From positions 2,877 to 66,876 of the forward strand of contig DAOMNQ010000004.1 in the NCBI GenBank assembly GCA_035443945.1: DNA of 64,000 bases, read 5' to 3'. The notes below the pieces were generated by a model. It made no database searches, was not told the DNA's origin, and saw only the letters and a program-made list of their open reading frames with translations. Positions within the stretch are counted from its first letter, which is position 1; each line of letters begins with the position of its first letter. Position numbers and translations under genes: made by a program. Shown piece after piece: positions 17,458 to 25,553 of the stretch. The stretch comes from Phycisphaerales bacterium. GTDB lineage: Bacteria > Planctomycetota > Phycisphaerae > Phycisphaerales > UBA1924.

Positions 17458-17620
17458 GGCTCGGGAGGGTGGCAGCACAAAATATTGTGGGGGATCGCCG
17501 CGCGGCCTTGCGAACTCCGCCGGGGATGCAACAATCTCGGCGTCGGGTCCGGCGCGGGTCCGACTCCGCACGGCGGCACGTCGGAGACTCGCCGCCCAGG
17601 GTTGCGAGGAGCAGGCAAGC

Positions 17621-19828
17621 ATGGTCCGGCGAGAGCTGAACGGCAATGGTGCGCGCACCGCGTACGTCGGCACGACGGAGCGCAACGGCACGGAGGACAC
17701 CGCCATGACACGGTGGGAGGACGTGGAAGCGACCTTCTCGTGCGACGTGTTCACCGAGCGCGTGATGCAGCAGCGCCTGCCGAAGGACGTGTTCCGGCGC
17801 CTGCTTCGCACCATTCACCACGGCGACCCGCTCGAGATCGAGGTCGCGGACGTGATCGCCGCCGCCATGAAGGACTGGGCGGTCGAGAACGGCGCGACGC
17901 ACTACACGCACTGGTTCCAGCCCCTCACCGGCCTGACCGCCGAGAAGCACGACACGTTCCTGACGCCTGACGGGCACGGCGGGGTGATCAGCGAGTTCAC
18001 GGGGTCGATGCTGGTGCAGGGCGAGCCGGACGCTTCGAGTTTCCCGTCCGGTGGGCTGCGGGCGACGTTCGAGGCGCGTGGATACACGGCGTGGGACGCG
18101 ACCAGCCCGGTGTTCCTGATGCGCGGTCCGAACTACGCCACACTGTGCATCCCGACGGCGTTCGTGTCGTGGAACGGCGAGGCGCTGGACAAGAAGACCC
18201 CGCTGCTGCGGTCGATGGACGCGCTGTCCGCCGCCGCGCTGCGGGTGCTGCGCATCTTCGGGAGCGACACGGGCGTGCGCCGGGTGTACGCGACGGTCGG
18301 CGCGGAGCAGGAGTACTTCCTGATCGACCAGTCGCTGTTCTACTCGCGTCCCGACCTCTCGACGTGCGACCGGACGCTGTTCGGCGCCCGTCCGCCGAAA
18401 GGGCAGCAGTTGGAGGACCACTACTTCGGCTCGATCCCGCCGCGGGTGCTGGCGTTCATGGCCGAGTGCGAGCGTGAGTTGTACCGGCTGGGCGTGCCGG
18501 TCAAGACGAGGCACAACGAGGTCGCGCCCGGGCAGTTCGAACTGGCCGCGCACTACGAGACGGCGAACGTGGCGTGCGACCACCAGATGATCGTGATGGA
18601 GACGCTCAAGCGCGTCGCGCCCCGCTACGGCCTGCGCTGCGTCCTCTCGGAGAAGCCCTTCGCGGGCATCAACGGCTCTGGCAAGCACCTGAACTGGTCG
18701 ATGGCGACCGACACGGGCGAGAACCTGCTCGACCCGCAGGACGACACGCACTCGAACATGGAGTTCCTGACGTTCCTGTGCGCCGTGATACGTGCCGTGG
18801 ACCTGAACGCGGACCTGCTGCGGGCTTCGGTGGCGAGCGCGGGGAACGACCACCGCCTGGGCGCCAACGAGGCGCCGCCCGCGATCATCTCGATCTTTCT
18901 GGGCGACATGCTGACGGACATCATCGAGCAGTTGGCCGCGGGCGCGCCAAAGAAGACCATGCGCGGCGGGAAACTCGACCTCGGGGCGGCGACGCTGCCG
19001 CAGATCCCCCGGCACACGGGGGACCGGAACCGGACCTCGCCGTTCGCGTTCACGGGCAACAAGTTTGAGTTTCGAGCGGTGGGCTCGTCGGCGAGCGTCG
19101 CCTGGCCGACGACGGTGCTGAACACGATCGTCACCGATTCCCTGCATCACCTGGCGGACGAACTCGAGAAGGCCGCCGGCGCGAACCCGACCCCTCAGAA
19201 ACTGGAAACCTCGGTATGGAAGGTGCTGCAGGGCGTGGTCAAGGAGCACCGCCGCGTGATCTTCAACGGCGACGGGTACGACGCCGCGTGGCACGCGGAG
19301 GCCGAGAAGCGCGGCTTGCCGAACCTGCGGGACACGGTGGATGCGCTGCCGGTGCTGAAGTCGAAGAAGGCGACGGACCTTTTCAAGCGGCACAAGGTGC
19401 TGAGCAAGCCGGAACTGGAGAGCCGGGCGTACATCTTTGTGGAGAAGTACATCAAGCAGGTGACGATCGAGGCCGAGACGATCGCGTCGATGGCACGCAC
19501 GATCATCCTGCCCGCGGCCCTGCGCCAGCAGGCTGAGATCGCCGAGACGATCGCGGCGACCGAGGCGGCAGACGTGGATGCCGGCGACGCTCGGGCCGCG
19601 CTGGAGGAGTTCGTTGATCTGGTGACGCGTTTCCGAGCGGCGCTCGGTCGCGTCGAGGCTGCGCTCCGGCACGAGTCGTCAAACCCGGACAAGCACGCGG
19701 AGCACGTCAAGCGTGCGGTTCGGCCGGCGATGGCTGACTTGCGTGAGTTGGGCGACGAACTGGAGATGCACGTTGCGGACGATCTTTGGACTCTCCCCAA
19801 GTACCGGGAGATGCTGGCGATCCGATGA
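17621..19828 (+). CDS. glnN: type III glutamine synthetase
   Basis: [75 protein letters not shown], plus [11 protein letters not shown] and GSGKHLNWS. About 700+ aa, which is GSIII size. Start is ATG 17621 or ATG 17705; the track's 17126 start overlaps trpA. Confidence 0.9.
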   Translation: MVRRELNGNGARTAYVGTTERNGTEDTAMTRWEDVEATFSCDVFTERVMQQRLPKDVFRRLLRTIHHGDPLEIEVADVIAAAMKDWAVENGATHYTHWFQPLTGLTAEKHDTFLTPDGHGGVISEFTGSMLVQGEPDASSFPSGGLRATFEARGYTAWDATSPVFLMRGPNYATLCIPTAFVSWNGEALDKKTPLLRSMDALSAAALRVLRIFGSDTGVRRVYATVGAEQEYFLIDQSLFYSRPDLSTCDRTLFGARPPKGQQLEDHYFGSIPPRVLAFMAECERELYRLGVPVKTRHNEVAPGQFELAAHYETANVACDHQMIVMETLKRVAPRYGLRCVLSEKPFAGINGSGKHLNWSMATDTGENLLDPQDDTHSNMEFLTFLCAVIRAVDLNADLLRASVASAGNDHRLGANEAPPAIISIFLGDMLTDIIEQLAAGAPKKTMRGGKLDLGAATLPQIPRHTGDRNRTSPFAFTGNKFEFRAVGSSASVAWPTTVLNTIVTDSLHHLADELEKAAGANPTPQKLETSVWKVLQGVVKEHRRVIFNGDGYDAAWHAEAEKRGLPNLRDTVDALPVLKSKKATDLFKRHKVLSKPELESRAYIFVEKYIKQVTIEAETIASMARTIILPAALRQQAEIAETIAATEAADVDAGDARAALEEFVDLVTRFRAALGRVEAALRHESSNPDKHAEHVKRAVRPAMADLRELGDELEMHVADDLWTLPKYREMLAIR

Positions 19829-19928
19829 GACGCATGACAGACGATGTCCCAGCCACTCGTCCGCTCCGGCCGCTCCGTCCGCGGGAGGGCGCGAAACGGG
19901 TCTCCGGCTTCCGGTATGATGCCCCGAA

Positions 19929-20001
19929 GGCCCTGTAGCTCAGCGGTCAGAGCAGGCGACTCATAATCGCTCGGTCCCCGGTTCGAATCCGGGCGGGGCC
20001 A
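19929..20001 (+). tRNA. tRNA with anticodon CAT, most likely tRNA-Ile2 (lysidine-modified) rather than elongator Met
   Basis: GGCCCTG TA GCTC AGCGGTCA GAGC A GGCGA CTCATAA TCGCT CGGTC CCCGG TTCGAAT CCGGG CGGGGCC A, 73 nt. The GGCCC acceptor start and the GGCGA-CTCATAA-TCGCT anticodon arm match my memory of E. coli ileX. No CCA is encoded. Confidence 0.8.
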
Positions 20002-20020
20002 CGTGGTCGTTGGAAGGGGC

Positions 20021-20048
20021 TTGTGCGGTGGGGTGGGAATGCTATACT
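20021..20048 (+). promoter_or_regulatory. candidate sigma-70 promoter (extended -10) for the pseudopilin/two-component operon
   Basis: TTGTGC (20021-20026), a 16-nt spacer ending in TG-C, then TATACT (20043-20048), i.e. TGcTATACT. It lies 60 nt upstream of ATG 20108 in an otherwise GC-rich context. Confidence 0.4.
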
Positions 20049-20107
20049 GGCGAGGTCCGGATTTCGGGGCCGGGCGAGGAGTGGCCCGATCGGGCTGGGC
20101 GTTCGTG

Positions 20108-20920
20108 ATGCATCCCAGAGGCCATCGCGTGGGCGGGCGTCGCGTCGGCGCGGGCGTTGCCCTGCGCACACCGCGTGCCTTCACGCTGCTGGAACTCCTC
20201 GTCAGCATTGCGATCGTGGCGGTGCTGCTCGGGCTGGTCGTTCCCGGGCTGGCGATGTCGATGAAGTCTGCGCGAGGGTTTCGGTGCCAGATGTCGCTGC
20301 GCAGCGTCGCGTTCGACTTTGCTGTCTTCGCCGACGACACACTGCACGGCGACCGCGGCGACGACGCGGCGTGGGGCAACCGCTTCCGGCTGAGCACGTT
20401 CCAGGAAAGCCAGTACGGCATCGACGAGTTCTGGCGCTGGGATGGCGAAGATTCCCACACGGTGCCCGACGAATCTCGCTACGACCCGATGCGTTGCTCG
20501 GAGGTCAAGGGGCCGCTGACGCTCCGCAGGGACCTGCCCTGCGGCAAGCCCGGTGCGATCTCTCCTCCCGAGAACGTGTCGTTCGGCTTCAACGCGCGGT
20601 TGCACCGGGCAGAAGTCGTGAGCGGCGACGGCAAGGTGAAAGCGGTGTACGTGATGCTGACGCAGGACATCCTTTCGCAGACCGACGTGCCGCTGGCGTG
20701 GGACGTGGACGGCGCGCTCGCGGCACAGAAAGGGGTCGAGCCGGTGTATTCCGCGCCATCGCTCGACAGCCAAGGCCCGTACGCCGGCGACGCGTACTGG
20801 TTCCCCGGCCTTCGGCACAACGGATCGGCCAACTTCGCGTTCATGGACGGGAGGGTGGAGTCGTCGCGAGTTCCGCTGGACGAGGACGGCTGGCGCTGGG
20901 GCTACCAGCCTGTCCGCTAG
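20108..20920 (+). CDS. prepilin-type N-terminal cleavage/methylation domain protein, DUF1559 (H-X9-DG) family
   Basis: RAFTLLELLVSIAIVAVLLGLVVPGL is a class III signal/pseudopilin helix. The C-terminal GLRHNGSANFAFMDGRVES is the H-X9-DG motif typical of planctomycetal DUF1559 proteins. Confidence 0.8.
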   Translation: MHPRGHRVGGRRVGAGVALRTPRAFTLLELLVSIAIVAVLLGLVVPGLAMSMKSARGFRCQMSLRSVAFDFAVFADDTLHGDRGDDAAWGNRFRLSTFQESQYGIDEFWRWDGEDSHTVPDESRYDPMRCSEVKGPLTLRRDLPCGKPGAISPPENVSFGFNARLHRAEVVSGDGKVKAVYVMLTQDILSQTDVPLAWDVDGALAAQKGVEPVYSAPSLDSQGPYAGDAYWFPGLRHNGSANFAFMDGRVESSRVPLDEDGWRWGYQPVR

Positions 20921-20932
20921 CCGCGCCCAGCC

Positions 20933-22474
20933 ATGACGCTGCAACGAAAGTTCGCGGTGCTGCTCGTGCTGCTGGGGCTGACGGTGGCGGCGAATCTCGG
21001 CGCGGCGGTCTGGGTCGTGAACATGCTCGACCGCGAGCAGCGTGAGCCGATCGAGGGGCTGACGCGCGTGCTGAGCGGAATGAGCCGCCTGAAGCGATCC
21101 CTCTGGGATCAGGCCGAGATGCTCGACCTGCCGGTGCTGGAAGGGCGCGAGTCGGAGGACGAGAACGCCGCCCCGGACCCCAACGGCACACTGCAACGCT
21201 TCGAGGCGTCCATTGACCGCGTGCAGCGCGAGATCGACCTTCTTGAATCCGGCGGTTCGTACGTGGTGCGCTCGGGCATCAGCACCACGAGGAACCTGCG
21301 AGCGCGGATCGAACTGACCGCCGACGAGGTTGCCAAGTGGCTCGGACAACGCGACGACGACGCGAGAGGGCGAGCCAGAAGGAACCTGTACGAACTGCAC
21401 GAGTTGATCGAACGCATCGAGGGCAGGTTGCTCGCGGATGCGCGGATTGCGGCCGAGTACGGGGCGGACCTGCGGCGAAGGCTGTCGTTCGTGCTCGGGG
21501 CTTCGCTCGTTGTGGTTGTCCTCTCCGCGTGGCTTGCGGTGGTGCTCTTCCGGCGATGGGTGCTGCGGCCGGTCGGGCTGCTGCGCGTCGCAGCGGACGA
21601 GATCGCGCGCGGGAACTTCGAGCATCGCGTGCCCGAACTGGCCCGCGATGAACTTGGCCTGTTGAGCCGCGAGGTCAACGACATGGCGCAGACGATCTCC
21701 CGAATGCAGTCTGAACGGATCGAGCGGGAGCGGCTGGCGGCCGTGGGCGAGATGGCGCAGAGCGTGGCGCACAACATCCGCAACCCGCTGGGCGGCATCC
21801 GCGCTCTCGCCGAACTCTCCGCCGACGAACTGCCGCCCGACTCTCCCATCCGTGAGAATCAGGCGAGGATCGTCCGTACCGTGGATCGCTTCACCGCCTG
21901 GCTGAACGGGCTTCTTCACGCGACGACGCCCCTCGAACTGCACCCCGTTGAAGGCGAGGTCGCGGCATGGCTGGAAGGCATCGTGGAGACGCATCGCGCT
22001 TCGGCCCAGTCGCGCGGCGTCCGCCTGGAACTCGACGCGGGCGCGGCCCCGGGAGGCGCGGTCTTTGATCGCCGGCACTTGGAACAGGCCGTGGTCGCTC
22101 TGCTGACCAACGCGATCGAGGCCTCGAGGGCCGGCGGGCGGGTGCAGGTCCGGGCGTTCTCGGACGACTCGTGGTGGGGCGTTGTGGTGGAGGACGAGGG
22201 GGGTGGAGTGCCGGAAGAGTTGCGAGAGCGAGTATTCGCCCCATACTTCACCACGAAGCCCGAAGGCTCTGGCATAGGTCTTGCCAGTGTGAGGCGTGTC
22301 GTTGGACAGCACGGCGGGCGCGTCTGGGTCGAAAACCGCTCCGACGGGTCGGGCGCGGCGGGCTGGACCGGGCCGGGGGCCGTGTTCACGCTCAGGCTGC
22401 CGCTGGGAGTGGCGGCAGGTACGGCCAGTGGTGGCCAGACAGGACCACGCCATGGCGAGAGTGCTGATCATTGA
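20933..22474 (+). CDS. sensor histidine kinase with HAMP domain
   Basis: Two TM segments flank a periplasmic region. HAMP (LRPVGLLRVAADEIARGNFEHRVPELARDELGLLSREVNDMAQTISRM), H-box (GEMAQSVAHNIRNPLGGI), and ATPase N and G boxes (LLTNAIEAS, VEDEGGGVP, GSGIGLASV). Confidence 0.88.
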   Translation: MTLQRKFAVLLVLLGLTVAANLGAAVWVVNMLDREQREPIEGLTRVLSGMSRLKRSLWDQAEMLDLPVLEGRESEDENAAPDPNGTLQRFEASIDRVQREIDLLESGGSYVVRSGISTTRNLRARIELTADEVAKWLGQRDDDARGRARRNLYELHELIERIEGRLLADARIAAEYGADLRRRLSFVLGASLVVVVLSAWLAVVLFRRWVLRPVGLLRVAADEIARGNFEHRVPELARDELGLLSREVNDMAQTISRMQSERIERERLAAVGEMAQSVAHNIRNPLGGIRALAELSADELPPDSPIRENQARIVRTVDRFTAWLNGLLHATTPLELHPVEGEVAAWLEGIVETHRASAQSRGVRLELDAGAAPGGAVFDRRHLEQAVVALLTNAIEASRAGGRVQVRAFSDDSWWGVVVEDEGGGVPEELRERVFAPYFTTKPEGSGIGLASVRRVVGQHGGRVWVENRSDGSGAAGWTGPGAVFTLRLPLGVAAGTASGGQTGPRHGESADH

Positions 22475-23900
22475 GGACGAGGAGAACCTGAGGTTTTCGA
22501 TGCGCCGTGCGCTCGAGCGGGCCGGGCACCAGGTCGAGGAATCGGCCACCGCGTCGGAAGGCCTGTCCGCCGCGGAGGAGGGCGTGTTCGACGCTCTCAT
22601 CACGGATGTGAACCTCGGAGCCGGGTCGGATGGGCTGTCGGTCGTCCAGCAGGTCCGTGAGCGTGGGTTCGAGGGCGCGATCGTTGTTGTGACCGGGTAC
22701 GGCAGTGTCGAGGGCGCGGTGTCCGCGATGAAACAGGGTGCGGACGACTACCTGCTCAAGCCCGTGAGCCTGGAGGAACTGGGCCTGCTTCTGGAGCGCC
22801 TGCTTGAGGAGCGTCGGGCACGGACCCGTCTCCGGCTCTACCAGCGGCTGGAGTCCGCCCGCGATTCGCAGCGAGAACTGCTCGGCGAAAGCCCCGCGTG
22901 GCGCGAGACGGTGAGGCTTGCCGAGAGGCTCGCGAAGTTGCCGCTTCCGAAGGCCGAGGGCGTGTCGTTGCCGACGGTGCTTCTGCTCGGCGAGACGGGG
23001 ACGGGCAAGGGCCTGCTCGCGCGGCACGTGCACCGCTCGTCGGAGTCGCCGGATGCGCCGTTTGTCCACGTCAACTGCACTGCGCTGCCTGCCAACCTCG
23101 TGGAGTCGGAGTTGTTCGGGCACGAGCGCGGGGCGTTCAACGATGCCAAGACGGCCCGCGAGGGCCTCTTCGAAATGGCCGACGGCGGCACGATCTTCCT
23201 CGACGAGATCGGCGACATGCCGGCGGACTTGCAGGCGAAACTGCTGACGGTGCTGGAGGAGGGGGCGTTCCGACGGGTCGGCGGGTCGAAGCCGCGCCGG
23301 GTGAAGGCCCGTGTGATCGCGGCGACGAACCTCAATCTCGCCGAGCGCGTGGAGCGTGGCGAGTTCCGACGGGACCTGTTCTACCGGCTCAACGCCTTTA
23401 CCGTGACGATTCCCGCGCTGCGTGATCGCAACGATGACGCGGTGCTGATCGGGCGCGAGATGGCGGCGCGGTTCGGGAAGCAGTTCGGTCGCGTAGGACT
23501 GCGGCTCTCTCCGGAGGCCGAGGCCGCGGTGCGCGGGCATGGCTGGCCCGGGAACGTGAGGGAACTGATCAACGCCCTGCAGCGGGCAGCGCTGCTGTGC
23601 GACGGAGAGGAGATCGGCCCGGGCGTACTCGGCCTTGCGGGTGTGCGCACCGGCCCGATCAAGGCGAGGCCCATCCCCTCGCAGGCGCCGGCTCCGAAGC
23701 CCGATGGACTGGTCTTTGACTTCGATCAGGGCGTCCACACGGCCGAAGAAGTCGAAAAGCAACTCATCATTCAGGCGCTGGCGCGCACGCGGGGCAACGT
23801 CTCGCGTGCGGCGAGACTCATCTCCATGCAGCGGAGCAGCCTGCGCTACCGGATCGAACGCTACAACCTCCACGAGTTCGTGCAGGAGTTGACGCGATGA
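22452..23900 (+). CDS. NtrC-family response regulator (receiver + AAA+ sigma-54-interaction domain + Fis-type HTH)
   Basis: Receiver [14 protein letters not shown]...ALITDVNLG...LLKP. Walker [31 protein letters not shown], a non-canonical GAFTGA position. Walker [11 protein letters not shown]-finger [38 protein letters not shown]. The start overlaps the kinase gene end by 23 nt. Confidence 0.88.
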   Translation: MARVLIIEDEENLRFSMRRALERAGHQVEESATASEGLSAAEEGVFDALITDVNLGAGSDGLSVVQQVRERGFEGAIVVVTGYGSVEGAVSAMKQGADDYLLKPVSLEELGLLLERLLEERRARTRLRLYQRLESARDSQRELLGESPAWRETVRLAERLAKLPLPKAEGVSLPTVLLLGETGTGKGLLARHVHRSSESPDAPFVHVNCTALPANLVESELFGHERGAFNDAKTAREGLFEMADGGTIFLDEIGDMPADLQAKLLTVLEEGAFRRVGGSKPRRVKARVIAATNLNLAERVERGEFRRDLFYRLNAFTVTIPALRDRNDDAVLIGREMAARFGKQFGRVGLRLSPEAEAAVRGHGWPGNVRELINALQRAALLCDGEEIGPGVLGLAGVRTGPIKARPIPSQAPAPKPDGLVFDFDQGVHTAEEVEKQLIIQALARTRGNVSRAARLISMQRSSLRYRIERYNLHEFVQELTR

Positions 23901-25375
23901 GGCGCTGCACCTGGAGTACGTGCCTGCTGGCCGTCGTGAGCGGGCTTCCCGCCGTCGCATTCGCGCTCAGCGGAGACTGCGTCTCCTGGGTCGACCCGCG
24001 CGGCGACGCCGTGATCCGCCGCACCGATCCCGGCAATGACGGCCCGATCATGCCCGGCGCGACCCTGCCCGACGTGGTCCGGGTCAGTCTCTGCGCCTGG
24101 CAGCCCACCGACCCGGTCGCCGATCCGTACACCGGCACGTCGATCGATCCGGACGACGCGCACTTGTTCAGGCTCGACGTGGTCTTCGCGGGCGTCGTAA
24201 ATCCGCCCGGACCGCTGGGGTTTTACGGGCAGCCCTACGACCCCTTCCGGCACGGCCCCAGCCCCGTCATCGGCTACCTCGACATCGACGTGGACTCAAA
24301 GAACACGGGGGGCGAACTCGGCTCCGCAGCCCGATCGCGGTACCTCGCGAACGTCGCTCGATTCGGGAGGCTCCCCTACGGCTCGATCTCCGAGCGAGTC
24401 GCCACGTCCGCGTTCGACTACGACTGGAACTTCGGCACGCCGCCGCAGTACGAACGGACGGGCGCGGACTTCGCGCTGGTCTTCTGCGGGTGCTGGGGAC
24501 TCACGGTCGTCAGCGAAGGGGGCAACGGGAACGGCGTGTTCGACGAGGGTGAGACGTGGATCGTGCGAGGCAGGCTGTTTCAGCGCACCAACGGCTACCA
24601 GGAGGCGAGTTCCGCGTGGGGCGGGAGCGGGTTCGGAACCTACGACCCGCACGTCAACGTGAGGTTTTCGCACGACATAGACACCAATGAAACGGCCGTC
24701 ACGCTGGTCTTTGCGCTCGACATGACCGGCGCAGCCATGCTCGCGGGGCAGCCGGAGCAGCCGATCAACTACAACGTCGGCGACCACGCCAGCATCGTCG
24801 AGGCGCTGTCCGACGTCATCGACGGCGCGGACGCCGGCGGCTTGAGCGAGCCTGCCTGGGAACTCATCAAGGGCTGGAGAGGGCGCAACCCGTTCGACTA
24901 CCTCGACCCGACCGACTGGGAAGTGACGGCGCTCTTCGGGATGCCCTACGCGGAGCAGCAGCCGGACGCGATCTTCGTGTGGACCGACTCGGGCATGGGA
25001 GAGTGCCACGGCGACCTGAACGCGAACGGGTACGCGACCGCGGCGGACAAGGGACTGTTGCGCCAAGCGGTCTACGACCTTGACGGGGGCGAGCAGGATG
25101 CCGACGGCGCCATCAACGGGCGGGTTGTGGTCGTGGATCCTGGCCCGAACTTCAGCCTGTTCGATCTCAACGGCGACACCGTCGTCAACCTCGACGATTT
25201 CCGGGTGTACGGCAAGCCCGCCGACTTCGACGGCAACGGCGCCGTCAACACCCTGGACTTCATCGCGTTCCTCAACGCGTGGGTCGCGGGCGATCCCGCG
25301 GCGGACTTCGACCTCAATCAGGTCGTGAACACGCTGGACTTCATCGCGTTCCTGAACGAGTGGGTCCAGGGCTGA
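23897..25375 (+). CDS. secreted protein of unknown function with C-terminal dockerin/EF-hand-like repeats
   Basis: The ATG overlaps the regulator's stop (ATGA). Signal peptide [27 protein letters not shown] do not recognise the ~400-aa N-terminal region. C-terminal repeats are DLNANGYATAADKGLL, DLNGDTVVNLDDF, ADFDGNGAVNTLDFIAFLNAWVAGDP and ADFDLNQVVNTLDFIAFLNEWVQG. Confidence 0.7.
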   Translation: MRRCTWSTCLLAVVSGLPAVAFALSGDCVSWVDPRGDAVIRRTDPGNDGPIMPGATLPDVVRVSLCAWQPTDPVADPYTGTSIDPDDAHLFRLDVVFAGVVNPPGPLGFYGQPYDPFRHGPSPVIGYLDIDVDSKNTGGELGSAARSRYLANVARFGRLPYGSISERVATSAFDYDWNFGTPPQYERTGADFALVFCGCWGLTVVSEGGNGNGVFDEGETWIVRGRLFQRTNGYQEASSAWGGSGFGTYDPHVNVRFSHDIDTNETAVTLVFALDMTGAAMLAGQPEQPINYNVGDHASIVEALSDVIDGADAGGLSEPAWELIKGWRGRNPFDYLDPTDWEVTALFGMPYAEQQPDAIFVWTDSGMGECHGDLNANGYATAADKGLLRQAVYDLDGGEQDADGAINGRVVVVDPGPNFSLFDLNGDTVVNLDDFRVYGKPADFDGNGAVNTLDFIAFLNAWVAGDPAADFDLNQVVNTLDFIAFLNEWVQG

Positions 25376-25477
25376 CCGAACGCGCCGCACTGGCCGCGAC
25401 GGTCGCCAGACCTGGCCAATCCGCATCAACGCGCCTGTGAAGCCCGCCCGCGTGCATGGAAAGCGGCATTCAACGGC

Positions 25478-25493
25478 TGGCACGCGCGCTGCA
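25478..25493 (+). promoter_or_regulatory. sigma-54 (-24/-12) promoter candidate
   Basis: TGGCACGCGCGCTGCA matches TGGCAC-N5-TTGC, with GG and GC at exact consensus spacing and only T to C at the first T of TTGC. It is intergenic, 60 nt upstream of ATG 25554, and lies directly downstream of an NtrC-family activator operon. Confidence 0.6.
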
Positions 25494-25553
25494 TAGCGAG
25501 TCGGTGGCGGCATCGTGGCCGCGACTCATACACCGAATGGCAGGAGGTTCCAG

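Noticed and set aside
17470-17489. Sigma-54 promoter upstream of glnN (TGGCAG ... TTG)
   Set aside because: The GG-to-TTG spacing is 4 nt longer than the invariant -24/-12 spacing. The inverted repeat is reported separately as a low-interest finding.
20042-22603. 853-aa ORF on the minus strand
   Set aside because: It is antisense to the recognisable pseudopilin, histidine kinase and regulator genes. The translation is Arg/Pro/Gly/Ala-rich with no motifs. This is a typical shadow ORF of a high-GC genome, where stop codons are rare in all frames.
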